Virus record (IMG/VR): IMGVR_UViG_2930745263_000002
Length of the DNA stretch: 64,000 bases
Reading direction: 5' to 3' (one strand)
Source of the DNA: an uncultured virus (IMG/VR IMGVR_UViG_2930745263_000002)
Lineage: Duplodnaviria; Heunggongvirae; Uroviricota; Caudoviricetes
A program made the translations under genes and the position numbers. This document shows, one piece after another, positions 28,728 to 37,863 of the stretch. Numbering within the stretch: the first letter of the stretch is position 1; the number at the start of each line of letters is the position of its first letter. The notes beneath the pieces are model-generated. The model searched no databases. It was not told the DNA's origin and was given only the letters and a program-made list of their open reading frames with translations.

Positions 28728-29333
28728 GTGACGGTCACCTTCACCGCCGCCCACCGCCCGGCCGTCGGCTACGCCGTCTCCTGCGGCTGCCCCGAGGCCA
28801 CCGAGCGCGCGCCGCGCTACGGCGACTACCAGGACGCCCTGGCCGCCGCCGACCGCGCGACCGCGGCGCCCGTGCGGGCCCCGCTGCCCGGCTGCGACCT
28901 GCCGGAGGTCTGCCCGGACTACCCGCTGCATGCCGAGGAGGTCGACCCCGACGGCACGGTGCCCTGGGTGGAGTTCTCGAACGCCAACGCGGTCGGCGTA
29001 CTCGAGGCCCTAGCCCTCCCCTTCCGGACGGGTTCGGAGGACGGGGCGTGCGACGCGCTCGAGGACGGGTTGCCGCTCGAGGCGGACGGCGCGGGCACGG
29101 TGATCCCGATCGCGGTGGTCGACGCCTACGGCGAGCTGGCCGCCGACGACTTCCGGGGCCGGGTGCTCACCGCCCTCGGCCTGGCCCCCGACGACCCGGG
29201 CAGGCCGGATGTCCAGCTCGGCCGCACCCTGGTCTTCGGACGCCCCGCCGGGTACCTGCAGCGGCGCCTGCGCGAGCTGCACGCACTGGCCGACTGGTGC
29301 GCCGCGCACGGCCGCGACGTGGCCTGGTACTGA
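28728..29333 (+). CDS. Hypothetical protein
   Basis: GAGGAG RBS; SNANA and GRPAGYL..RL..L motifs. Confidence 0.7.
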   Translation: MTVTFTAAHRPAVGYAVSCGCPEATERAPRYGDYQDALAAADRATAAPVRAPLPGCDLPEVCPDYPLHAEEVDPDGTVPWVEFSNANAVGVLEALALPFRTGSEDGACDALEDGLPLEADGAGTVIPIAVVDAYGELAADDFRGRVLTALGLAPDDPGRPDVQLGRTLVFGRPAGYLQRRLRELHALADWCAAHGRDVAWY

Positions 29334-29451
29334 CCCGGTCCGCCCCGCTTGCCCCGGGGCGGACCGCCGCGCCACACGGCCCGCGTGCGCCCGCCGGCCG
29401 CGCGGCCACGTCTCTCACCAGCGGTTTTCTTCATGAAGAGTGCCCACACGA

Positions 29452-29482
29452 CTTCCAACCTTACAACGTCACGTTGTATAGT
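29452..29482 (+). promoter_or_regulatory. TACAAC-box copy 6
   Basis: CTTCC aacct TACAAC gtcac GTTGTA TAGT. Confidence 0.8.
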
Positions 29483-29532
29483 TGATCTCGGAAGGGCGGG
29501 GAAGCCGCCCGAACGAGACCGAGGAGCACCGC

Positions 29533-29871
29533 ATGACCACCACCTGGCGCCGCACCCGGATCAGCAGCCGCTTCGCCCACCGGGACATCGCCGAGGACTT
29601 CGGCCCGGTCGCCGACCTCACCGCCGACGAGCGCGCCTGGCGCCGCGAGGCCTTGGCCGCCGCCTTCACCGGCTACCGCGACGACCGCCTGATGGGGGTC
29701 GGGGGGACCTGGCGCGAGGCCCTCCAGGACGCGGCCGCCACCGGCCGGATCGACCTCGCCGAGCACGACGGCGACCTGGACGTCGCGTACGACAACCTCC
29801 TGCACGGCGCGATCTGGGAGTTCGTGAAGACGCCCGAGGGCGTCGCGATACTCGACACCTGCGCGGCCTAG
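29533..29871 (+). CDS. Hypothetical protein
   Basis: MTTTWRR...; GAGGAG RBS. Confidence 0.7.
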   Translation: MTTTWRRTRISSRFAHRDIAEDFGPVADLTADERAWRREALAAAFTGYRDDRLMGVGGTWREALQDAAATGRIDLAEHDGDLDVAYDNLLHGAIWEFVKTPEGVAILDTCAA

Positions 29872-29943
29872 CGAGCGGCCACCGGCCGCCCCACCCAGGG
29901 GCGGCCGGAACGCGTTTCCATCCCGACGAAGATCGCGTAACCC

Positions 29944-29974
29944 CTTCCCACGCTACAACGCACCGTTGTAAAGT
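29944..29974 (+). promoter_or_regulatory. TACAAC-box copy 7
   Basis: CTTCC cacgc TACAAC gcacc GTTGTA AAGT. Confidence 0.8.
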
Positions 29975-30016
29975 AGGGGGGTAAGGACAAGCCGCCGAAC
30001 AGGGAGGGCGAGAGGC

Positions 30017-30181
30017 ATGGCGGTCATGATGACCCGCCAGGGCAAGCGGCGCGACTACTGCTGCCCCGGCCACAACCCGAAGGAACTCGACCACGGCACC
30101 GAGCGCGCCCGCGAGAACCGCGAGTGGCGGCGCGAGGGAGCCCAGGAGATCGCCGACGCCGAGACCGTCGACCAGGAGTGA
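30017..30181 (+). CDS. 54-aa small protein (absent from ORF track)
   Basis: MAVMMTRQGKRRDYCCPGHNPKELDHGTERARENREWRREGAQEIADAETVDQE*; GGAGG RBS; own box promoter. Confidence 0.65.
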   Translation: MAVMMTRQGKRRDYCCPGHNPKELDHGTERARENREWRREGAQEIADAETVDQE

Positions 30182-30225
30182 CGCCGCGCCCCCGCCCACC
30201 GGAGCCGGGGGCGCGGCGTCGTCGT

Positions 30226-30330
30226 GGGGCCGGCCGAACCGGACCGACGAAGATCCCGAACACCCTTCCATCTCTACAACGCACCGTTGTATAGTTGATC
30301 TCGAAGGGGCGGGCACCCGGCCCGGACCGG
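30226..30330 (+). repeat. Intergenic linker repeat A, copy 2
   Basis: Near-identical to 26487-26590. Confidence 0.85.
30265..30295 (+). promoter_or_regulatory. TACAAC-box copy 8
   Basis: CTTCC atctc TACAAC gcacc GTTGTA TAGT. Confidence 0.8.
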
Positions 30331-30349
30331 TAGGCGAGAGGACACGGAA

Positions 30350-30556
30350 ATGGCCCTGTACATCCTGAAGGAGAACAACTGGGACGGGGTTCCTTTCCGG
30401 GACGACGACACCACCTCGTACTACGACGACGGCGACTTCGACGGCGACGCGTACGCGGCCGCCATCAACGGCTACGACCTGCGGGTCGCGCAGACCGACA
30501 AGGACTGGGGCCCCGGCAAGGGCGCGGTCCGCTGGACCCTGCTGAAGGTCGGCTAG
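30350..30556 (+). CDS. Small acidic hypothetical protein
   Basis: GAGG RBS; Asp-rich. Confidence 0.7.
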   Translation: MALYILKENNWDGVPFRDDDTTSYYDDGDFDGDAYAAAINGYDLRVAQTDKDWGPGKGAVRWTLLKVG

Positions 30557-30593
30557 CCGACCCCGGCCCCGCCACGGGCCGGGGTCCGCCCGT

Positions 30594-32156
30594 TCAGCGG
30601 CGCCCGTTGAGGCGCCCGTCGGGCCCGCCGCGGTAGTTGCCCGTCCCGCTGCCCGCGACCGTCGGGTCGGCCAGCTCGGTCAGCGCGTGCACCGCGGCGT
30701 CCATCCGGTCCGGGCTGTCCATGCCGGGCATCCAGGTGACCATCTGCACCTCGAGCGCCGGCCACTCCCCCACGTGGTGCACGTGCCCCTGCTCGTAGAG
30801 CTGCGCGATCGGCTCCGCCCGGAGCCGTTTGCCCTTTTTGGCCGTGACCGGCACGATCCGCGGGCGCAGCGCCCCGGAGGCCGCGCCCTCGCGGACCAGC
30901 TCCTCCCACCCCTGGACGAGGACCTGCTTGGTCATGTCGCCGCCGAAGTTGCTCTCGACCGTGAGGGCGTCGGCGTCGAATTCCAGGGCGAGTTCGCAGG
31001 CCGCGCGGCCCCATTCGGCCGCGCCCATCTTCGCGGAGCGGTCGGCCAGGATGTACAGCTCGCCCGCCGCGTCGCGGCCGGCCGCCACGATGCCGACCTC
31101 GTCGCCGTCCTCGCTGCCGCCCGCCGGGTCGACCGCGACGACGACCCGGGTGAGCTTGATGCCGCGCAGCCGCTCCTCGGTGATGCGCCGGCCGCGGATC
31201 CACGCCCACTGCCAGATGCCGCCCTCGAGCGGGCGGGGCTGCTGCTGGTAGAGCGCCCACCAGCCGCGCTCACCGACCTCGTCGCGGAAGTCGGCGAGGT
31301 GGCCGAGGTTGAACCGCTCGGGCCACAGCGGCGCACCGATGGGCCGGCCCAGGGCGTCGTCCGGGCTGTCGGCGATCGCCGGGAGGTTGATGACGGTCCA
31401 GCGCGCCTTGTCGCGGGCGGCGTCCTGGGTGAGGATCCGCCCCGCCAGGTCGTTCTCCGACCAGCGGGTCTGGATGACCACGATGCTGCCGGTCGGCTCC
31501 ATACGGGTGTTGAGGACCTGCTGCCACCAGTCCCACAGGTCACCGAGCACCGTGGGGCTGGCCGCGGCCTTCGCATCCTTCAGCGGGTCGTCGACCACGG
31601 CGAGGTGCGCGCCCATACCGGTCAGCGACCCGCCGACGCCGGCGGTCACCAGGCCGCCGGGGCTGCCACTGAGGTCGAAGCGGCCGGCGGCCTTGGAGCC
31701 GTAGCGCAGAGAGATGCCGAGCTGTTCGCCGTGCTCGTTGATCGAGTCGCGCAGCCACCGGCCGTGGCCCTCGGCGAGCACCGCCGAGTAGGACGCGATC
31801 ATCAGCCGGTGCGTCGGGTTGCGGCGCAGGTACCACAGCGGCGCCCACCGGGCAGCCCGCTGGCTCTTCCCGTGCCTCGGAGGCATGTTGAGCAGCAGCC
31901 GTACGCGTTCGCCGCGGGCGATGCGGATGAACGCGTCGTCGATGAGCTGGAGGTGGCGGGGCTGCATCTCCCGGCCGCCGGTGAGCAGGGCGGCCAGCGA
32001 CCCGGGCGAGCGGTCCATGGCCATCTCGCGCTCGAGGTGGGCCAGTCGGATACGAAGGTCGGGCGAGGCGGTACGCGCGATGGCGAGGCGCTGCTCGCGC
32101 GGAAGGGTGCGGTAGCGGGTCAGGAGGCGCTGCTCCCGGTCCTGCGCCTGCATCAT
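30594..32156 (-). CDS. terL: Terminase large subunit
   Basis: Walker A MPPRHGKS, Walker B AVVDDP, QTRW..NDL.G, VAVDPA and SPDRMDA nuclease motifs. Confidence 0.92.
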   Translation of the reverse strand: MMQAQDREQRLLTRYRTLPREQRLAIARTASPDLRIRLAHLEREMAMDRSPGSLAALLTGGREMQPRHLQLIDDAFIRIARGERVRLLLNMPPRHGKSQRAARWAPLWYLRRNPTHRLMIASYSAVLAEGHGRWLRDSINEHGEQLGISLRYGSKAAGRFDLSGSPGGLVTAGVGGSLTGMGAHLAVVDDPLKDAKAAASPTVLGDLWDWWQQVLNTRMEPTGSIVVIQTRWSENDLAGRILTQDAARDKARWTVINLPAIADSPDDALGRPIGAPLWPERFNLGHLADFRDEVGERGWWALYQQQPRPLEGGIWQWAWIRGRRITEERLRGIKLTRVVVAVDPAGGSEDGDEVGIVAAGRDAAGELYILADRSAKMGAAEWGRAACELALEFDADALTVESNFGGDMTKQVLVQGWEELVREGAASGALRPRIVPVTAKKGKRLRAEPIAQLYEQGHVHHVGEWPALEVQMVTWMPGMDSPDRMDAAVHALTELADPTVAGSGTGNYRGGPDGRLNGRR

Positions 32157-32196
32157 CAGGGGCTCCGTGCACCCCCGCGCACCTGTACATGATCTC

Positions 32197-32613
32197 TCAC
32201 ATCAGAGGGTCGTCGCCGAGGGCGAGGAGTTCTTCCAGCTCGGCGCTGGTCACGGAGACCGCGTCCAGGGGGGCGAGCGCGACTTCGAGCCGGGCCGGCG
32301 CGTCCAGTCCGTGCAGCCGGCTTCGGCGCTCGCTCAGGCGCACCACCGTCTCGATCGCGTCGAGGTCGCCGTCGAGGGCCTTCTGCCAGATCGCGTCCTG
32401 CAGTTCGTCGAGGCTGTGGCTCTCGGCCTGGTGCCGTACGGCCGGCTCGAGGTGGTCGGCGTCGTGGAGCGCGTCGGCGAACGCGGCGGCCGCGGCGGCT
32501 CGGTCGGGGAAGCCGAGCTCGTCGGCGATCTCCTGGAAGTCCTTGCCGGAGTGGCGCAGGCGCACGGTCTCCGCCCGGCGGTCGGCGTCGCTCCAGCGGG
32601 GGGTGTCGGCCAT
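32197..32613 (-). CDS. Terminase small subunit-like HTH protein (copy 1)
   Basis: RLRHSGKDFQEIADELGF...GDLDAIETV.RL.ERRSRLHGLDAP; directly upstream of terL. Confidence 0.75.
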   Translation of the reverse strand: MADTPRWSDADRRAETVRLRHSGKDFQEIADELGFPDRAAAAAAFADALHDADHLEPAVRHQAESHSLDELQDAIWQKALDGDLDAIETVVRLSERRSRLHGLDAPARLEVALAPLDAVSVTSAELEELLALGDDPLM

Positions 32614-32686
32614 ACGGATGTCCTCCATGAGACACACCGCCCGGAGGCGGTGTGGTGCCCCGTTGGCGGGGCGGCTCGGCACGCGG

Positions 32687-32974
32687 TTACTGGGGCTGCT
32701 GGATCAGCCGGTCGTCGACCACGGCCTTGTACCTGGCGGCGAGGAGGGTGCTCTCCGCTCGTCGGCAGGTGCGGGAGATCTCGGCCGCGTCCATGGTGTC
32801 GGGCAGCTCGTGCCAGGTGTAGATCGCGTGGCTCTTCCGCTCGAAGCCGAGGCCGTCGAGGGCGGCGAGCAGGATCTCGGGGGCGCCGGTGCGGGACTCG
32901 GCCACCACCGTGGTAGTCAGGGGCCGTCGGTGGATCAGGACGTCGATGTCGTTGTCGTCGGCCTGGTTGCTCAA
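32687..32974 (-). CDS. Hypothetical protein
   Basis: TTG start with AAGGAGG RBS; downstream of box copy 9. Confidence 0.65.
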   Translation of the reverse strand: MSNQADDNDIDVLIHRRPLTTTVVAESRTGAPEILLAALDGLGFERKSHAIYTWHELPDTMDAAEISRTCRRAESTLLAARYKAVVDDRLIQQPQ

Positions 32975-33058
32975 GGTGTCCTCCTTGGTGCGTGGGTGAG
33001 AGGGGGTCAGAGGGGCAGGTCGCCGCGTGCCTCTTCGTGGTCCGTCCTTACACCCCCC

Positions 33059-33089
33059 ACATTACAACGATGCGTTGTAATGATGGAAG
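33059..33089 (-). promoter_or_regulatory. TACAAC-box copy 9
   Basis: Minus strand CTTCC atcat TACAAC gcatc GTTGTA ATGT. Confidence 0.8.
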
Positions 33090-33133
33090 CGGGTGCGCGA
33101 TCCTTCCCCGATCTGTTTTGCCTGGTCAGAAGG

Positions 33134-34183
33134 TCACAGGACCTTGTCCCGCAGGGTCTGCGCGATCGCCCGCATCAGCAGAGGCGGCACTGAGTTGCCC
33201 AGCCGCATCCACACCTTGTCGACGGGGCTGTTGCCCCAGTCGTACTCGTCGGGGAAGGACTGGAGCCGGGCCAGCTCGCGGATGCCCAGGAGCCGGTCCT
33301 CGTCGGGGTGGAGCAGGCCGTTGCGGGACGCGCTGATCTCCTTGATCAGCGTGTAGGAGGGCCGGTCCCAGGCGAGGCGCTCCAGGCTGAAGTAGGCGTC
33401 CTTCCCGCCGGCCCGCCGCAGGGCGTCGCCGCCGTTCTCGCCGGGGCGGATGAGCGGGGCCACCAGGGCGGCCTTGCCGGAGGGGCGCTGGAAGGGGCCG
33501 GGGTCGGTGAGGTCGGCGAGGGCTTCGCGGACGGTGATGGGGCGCGCGATCGCCGCCGGGTGGGGCGGCTTGATGCCGAGGTCCGCGCGGACCCCGACGA
33601 AGATCATGCGCTGTCGGCGCTGCGGGACCTGGAAGTAGCTGGCGTCCATCAGGCGGGCGACGACCCGGTAGCCGGGCCGCGCCTGCTTGAGGGTCTGCAG
33701 GATCTCGACGAACAGACTGCGCATCTTGCCCTTGACCATGCCGGCGACGTTCTCCATGACGAACGCCTTCGGCTGCCAGTGCTCCAGCAGCCGTACGTAC
33801 TGGCGGAAGAGCTGGTTGCGCGGGTCGTCGACCTGGCGGCGGCCGACGACGGAGAAGCCCTGGCAGGGCGGACTGCCGTCGAACACGTCGAGTTCGCCCG
33901 GCTCCAGGCCCAGGCTGGCCGGGTCGAAGCCGGTGATGTCGCCGTGGTGGAGCGGGACGTGGGGGAAGTTGCGGGCGAAGGTCGCCGCGGCGTGGTCGTC
34001 CCACTCGACGGCCAGCAGCTCCCGGTAGCCGGCCATGGAGTAGCCGAGGCTGGAGCCGCCGGCCCCGGCGAAGGTGGACACCACGGTCGGCGCGTCGGCG
34101 GCGGCCGGCGCGAGGTGGGCGGCCCACATCTCCGCCAGGAGCTGGCCGTACGCGAGGCGGGAGTTGATGACCGGCGCGCTCAC
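33134..34183 (-). CDS. DNA (cytosine-5) methyltransferase
   Basis: FAGAGG, GSPPCQGFS, ENVAG, QRRQRMIF, RLQSFPD, LGNSVPP. Confidence 0.92.
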   Translation of the reverse strand: MSAPVINSRLAYGQLLAEMWAAHLAPAAADAPTVVSTFAGAGGSSLGYSMAGYRELLAVEWDDHAAATFARNFPHVPLHHGDITGFDPASLGLEPGELDVFDGSPPCQGFSVVGRRQVDDPRNQLFRQYVRLLEHWQPKAFVMENVAGMVKGKMRSLFVEILQTLKQARPGYRVVARLMDASYFQVPQRRQRMIFVGVRADLGIKPPHPAAIARPITVREALADLTDPGPFQRPSGKAALVAPLIRPGENGGDALRRAGGKDAYFSLERLAWDRPSYTLIKEISASRNGLLHPDEDRLLGIRELARLQSFPDEYDWGNSPVDKVWMRLGNSVPPLLMRAIAQTLRDKVL

Positions 34184-34716
34184 GCGGCGGCCTCTGCGCC
34201 GGTGAAGGTGTGTCCGCAGTTGGGGCAGGTGTGGGTGGCCGGGTTGAGCAGGCCGTCGGCGATGCTCTCGTCGTACGCCGGGAAGCCCTCGGGCAGCTCG
34301 GCCGAGACCAGCCGGGCGACCTCGCCGGCGCTCCAGCCGGTGCCGTCGAGGTCGCCGTCGAGTGCGACGAGCATGGCCGCGAGGTCTTCCTCGTCGTACG
34401 TGCCGAGCTCGGCGAGCTTGTTGTCGGCCAGGTTGATACGCCGGGCCTGGTCGTCGGTGCATTCGATGACCTCGCAGCGGGCGGTGGTCGCGCCCTCGGC
34501 GCGCAGCGCGTCGCTGGTGTGGTTGCCGGCGAGCACGACGAGCTGGGTGCCGGTGTCCCGGACGACCAGGGACCGGTACTGGCCGTGCCGGCGGATGGAG
34601 GCGCGCAGGGCCTCGACGTCGCCGCGCCGGGGGTTGCCCGGGTAGCGGGTCAGGTCGTCGAGGGCGATGTCGCGGGTGGCGGTGTAGGTGACGCCGGGCA
34701 GGGTGGGTTCGGTCAT
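34180..34716 (-). CDS. ParB/Srx-like N-terminal domain protein with C-terminal CPNCG knuckle
   Basis: YPGNPRR...SIRRHGQYRSLVV...LAGNHT...LADNK. Confidence 0.8.
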   Translation of the reverse strand: MTEPTLPGVTYTATRDIALDDLTRYPGNPRRGDVEALRASIRRHGQYRSLVVRDTGTQLVVLAGNHTSDALRAEGATTARCEVIECTDDQARRINLADNKLAELGTYDEEDLAAMLVALDGDLDGTGWSAGEVARLVSAELPEGFPAYDESIADGLLNPATHTCPNCGHTFTGAEAAA

Positions 34717-34922
34717 GAGGGTGCGGGTCCTTCGCTGCGGACCGCGGCGATGACGCGCGCGGCCCAGTCGTCGGGCTCCAGGCCCCACCGGCGCGCGTCC
34801 CACTCGGTGGCGCGGTCGCGGTAGTCGAGCCAGGTGTCCAGGAGCTGGTCACGGAGGTCGGGGTCGAGGGTCAGGCGCAGCTGGGTGGCGAGCCGGCCGT
34901 ACGCCGCGGGGTGCGCCGGCAT
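34713..34922 (-). CDS. Hypothetical protein
   Basis: Translationally coupled on both sides. Confidence 0.55.
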   Translation of the reverse strand: MPAHPAAYGRLATQLRLTLDPDLRDQLLDTWLDYRDRATEWDARRWGLEPDDWAARVIAAVRSEGPAPS

Positions 34923-35383
34923 CAGGACACCGCCGGGCCGGGCTGGGCGGGCGGCTCGTCGATCAGGGTGATCAGCGCCTCGAGTTCGGCCAGGTCGACG
35001 GTCTCCACCTGCAGCGGGCCGCCGTCGGCACCGGTGATCTCGGCGCGGGCCGGCTTGTCCAGGCCGAGCAGCCGGCAGCGCCGGTCGATGACCTTCAGGA
35101 CGGTCTCGATCGCCTTGAGGTCGCCCTTGGCCGCCTTGGCCCAGGCGGCGGCCTGCATGCGGTCCAGACGCTGCACTTCCAGTTCGCGCAGGGTCTGCGC
35201 GGCCGCCGACTCGGCTTCGAGGTTCTCCTCCAGGGCGCGGTGGACGTCCTTGGACGCCGCCCCGCGCGAGGAGTAGTCGAGCCGGTCGGCGATGGTCTGG
35301 TAGTCCATGCCGGCCAGGCGCAGCGCGATCGCCTGCGCGCGGCGCTTGGACGTGGAGGCGCGTTGCGCCTTGGACGCGGGCAT
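34922..35383 (-). CDS. Terminase small subunit-like HTH protein (copy 2)
   Basis: ALRLAGMDYQTIADRLDY...GDLKAIETVLKVIDRRCRLLGLDKP...EITGADGGPL. Confidence 0.75.
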   Translation of the reverse strand: MPASKAQRASTSKRRAQAIALRLAGMDYQTIADRLDYSSRGAASKDVHRALEENLEAESAAAQTLRELEVQRLDRMQAAAWAKAAKGDLKAIETVLKVIDRRCRLLGLDKPARAEITGADGGPLQVETVDLAELEALITLIDEPPAQPGPAVS

Positions 35384-35397
35384 GCGTCAGGCCCCTC

Positions 35398-36666
35398 CTA
35401 CTCGTCGGGGTGGGCGGCGAAGTCGTAGCTCTCGCCGCTCGACTTGAGGACCGGCATCTCCGCGGTGTGCTCCTGGTAGCGGCGGCAGATCACGTCGGCG
35501 TAGCGGGGGTCGAGTTCGACGACCCGGGCGCTGCGGCCGGTGGCCTGCGCGGCGATGAGCGTGGAGCCGGAGCCGCCGAAGGGCTCGTAGACCAGACCTT
35601 CGGCCGGGCACGAGTTGTGCAGCGCCGGGACGATGAGGTCGACGGGCTTGGAGGTGGGGTGCTCGGTGTTCCGCGAGGGCTTCGGCACGTCGAAGACCGT
35701 GGTCTGGGCGTTGTCGCCGTACCAGCGGTCGCCGCCGCGGCCGAGCCGGCCGGACCCGGCGGGGGCGTCCGTGAAGCCGTACAGGATCGGCTCGTGCCGG
35801 TAGTGGTAGTCCGAGCGGCCCAGGACCATCGTGTCCTTGGCCCAGATCAGGTTCTGCCGCACGTGCCAGCCGGCCTCGAGCATCGCGGTCTCGAAGACGA
35901 TGCGGGCGGTGTCGGCGTGCGCGACGTAGACCGGGGCGCCCGGCTTGAGCGCCGCGGTCGCCACCGCGAAGGCCCCGGCCAGGAGTTCCGGCAGGTCGGT
36001 GGCTCCGTCGTTCTGGATGGTGAGCGCGTTCTTCGTCTTGCCGACGTAGTCGACGCCGTACGGAGGGTCGGTCCACATCGCGTCGCAGCGGTCGCCGTCG
36101 AGCATCTCCTCGACGGCGGCGACGTCGGTGGAGTCGCCGACCAGCAGGCGGTGGCGGCCCAGGATCCACACGTCGCCCGGCTTGGAGCGGGGTTCGGCCG
36201 GCACGTCGGGGATGTCGTCGACGTCGGTGAGCGGCTCGTCCTCGGTGTCGGTGCCGAGGAGTTCGCTGACGTCGGCGTCGCTGTAGCCGGTGCCGTCGAG
36301 GTCGCCGTCGAGGTAGGTGAGGAGTTCGGCGAGCGCGTCGGTGTCGTACGTGCCGAGCTCGGCGAGCTTGTTGTCGGCCAGGTTGATGCGGCGGGCCTGG
36401 TCGTCGTCGCACTCGATGATCTCGCAGCGCGCGGTGGCGTGGCCCTCGGCCTTGAGGGCGTCGTGGGTGTGGTTGCCGGCCAGGATCACGTACCGGTCCT
36501 CGCCGGTGGCGCGTACGACCAGGGACCGGTACTGGCCGTGCCGGCGGATGGAGGCGCGGATCGCGTCGACGTCACCGCGGCGGGCGTTGCCGTCGAAGCG
36601 GTCGAGCTGCTCGAAAGGGATGTCGCGGGTGGCGACAAAGGTCACGGTGGGCGTGGCAGTGCCCAT
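35398..36666 (-). CDS. ParB-like domain fused to N6/N4 DNA methyltransferase (beta class)
   Basis: LADNK ParB part; GDVWILGRHRL, TDPPY, HPTSKP, EPFGGSGST. Confidence 0.9.
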   Translation of the reverse strand: MGTATPTVTFVATRDIPFEQLDRFDGNARRGDVDAIRASIRRHGQYRSLVVRATGEDRYVILAGNHTHDALKAEGHATARCEIIECDDDQARRINLADNKLAELGTYDTDALAELLTYLDGDLDGTGYSDADVSELLGTDTEDEPLTDVDDIPDVPAEPRSKPGDVWILGRHRLLVGDSTDVAAVEEMLDGDRCDAMWTDPPYGVDYVGKTKNALTIQNDGATDLPELLAGAFAVATAALKPGAPVYVAHADTARIVFETAMLEAGWHVRQNLIWAKDTMVLGRSDYHYRHEPILYGFTDAPAGSGRLGRGGDRWYGDNAQTTVFDVPKPSRNTEHPTSKPVDLIVPALHNSCPAEGLVYEPFGGSGSTLIAAQATGRSARVVELDPRYADVICRRYQEHTAEMPVLKSSGESYDFAAHPDE

Positions 36667-36927
36667 GTCGGCTCCGTACACCCCCAGTGCCGTGATCCAT
36701 TTTCCCGTACGCCGGCCGCGCTGGAGGCGGGCGTCGCCGGCAGCGCCCCGGCCGCACCCGCTCGTGGTGCCGGCACCGGGGCCGGTCGGGGTGCCGGCAT
36801 AAGCCCAGCACAGGGCGGGTTTTGGGGGCTTGCATCCGGGGCGGGAGCGGAGTGATGAATGGCGTGCCGCCCCGGTAACCGCGGGCTGGGGCGGCACCCA
36901 GGACGCGACGAATCTCGAAGGAGAACC

Positions 36928-37446
36928 ATGGTGGGCGAGGGCGAGAGCAGCAACCGCGAGCGAGCGGTGTGGGGCGAGGCGGCGGTGGGCTACTACAGCC
37001 GCAGCCGGGAGGCCCTGGGCAAGGAGCCGACGGCGATCGAGGACATCGCGATGGCGCTGGGGGCCTGCGAGATGGGCGGCCGGTTCGACGACAGCATGCT
37101 CGACGGGCGGTGCGGAGTGCTGGGCGAGGACCGGGAGATCGCCGAGGAGGTGATCGGGGACCTGCTGACCAACGTGTTCCACGCGGCCGACGGCGCGGTG
37201 ACGCCCGAGCTGCTGCTGAACGCGGTGACCGGGGCCGAGTACCGCGAGGAGGCGGCCCGGGCGGAGGCGTGGCGGCGGCTGGGCCGGGCCCGGCCCTTCG
37301 GCGAGTTCCTCGCAGCGGTGCGGCAGGCCCTGGTGACGGTCCATGACCTCGACGCGGACGGGATGCTCGAGTCGGCCGCGCGGATGTTCCACGAGGAGGC
37401 GGAGGAGGAGCGGTTCGCTCTGGCCGCCGAGCGGCGCGGGCGGTAG
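36928..37446 (+). CDS. Hypothetical acidic helical protein
   Basis: GAAGGAG RBS; IGDLLTNVFHAAD. Confidence 0.7.
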   Translation: MVGEGESSNRERAVWGEAAVGYYSRSREALGKEPTAIEDIAMALGACEMGGRFDDSMLDGRCGVLGEDREIAEEVIGDLLTNVFHAADGAVTPELLLNAVTGAEYREEAARAEAWRRLGRARPFGEFLAAVRQALVTVHDLDADGMLESAARMFHEEAEEERFALAAERRGR

Positions 37447-37863
37447 CAGCCCCAACGCCGTCGGCCCTGGTGACGGGGTCCATTCGTCACCAGGGCCAAC
37501 CTCCACCTGCTCAGGGTGGTCTGGGGCGCGCTGGGCGCCGGGAGCCGCCAGTGGCGGGCGTGTGGTCGCGGGGGCCCGGCGGTCTTCTCGGCACGGGGGG
37601 ATGAGAGAAGGGAACAGGGTGTTCGCGCCGGGCCCTCTGCGCTCTGATGATCAGATGACGGCTGGTGTGCGTCAACGAGCGTTCGGCGTCACGGGTGCCG
37701 TGAACCGCATACCGGGCGGGGCGGTGGCGGCGGCCGGGGAGAAAGATCGTCGTGCCGTACAACCAGAAAGGGTTCCCCCAGGTCATGAGTCATGACGTCT
37801 GGAGGAACCCGGAGTGAGATGGAGCGATCGGCAGCGGCTGGCCTGCGGCCGCGCCGGGCTGCT

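Noticed and set aside
25797..30295. TACAAC repeats as a CRISPR array
   Set aside because: Intervals are irregular, mostly hundreds of bp, and contain ORFs; no cas genes are present.
37500..37860. Possible ncRNA or ORFs in the low-coding gap, including the GTCATGAGTCATGAC palindrome
   Set aside because: No recognisable RNA family, RBS or second copy to support a call.
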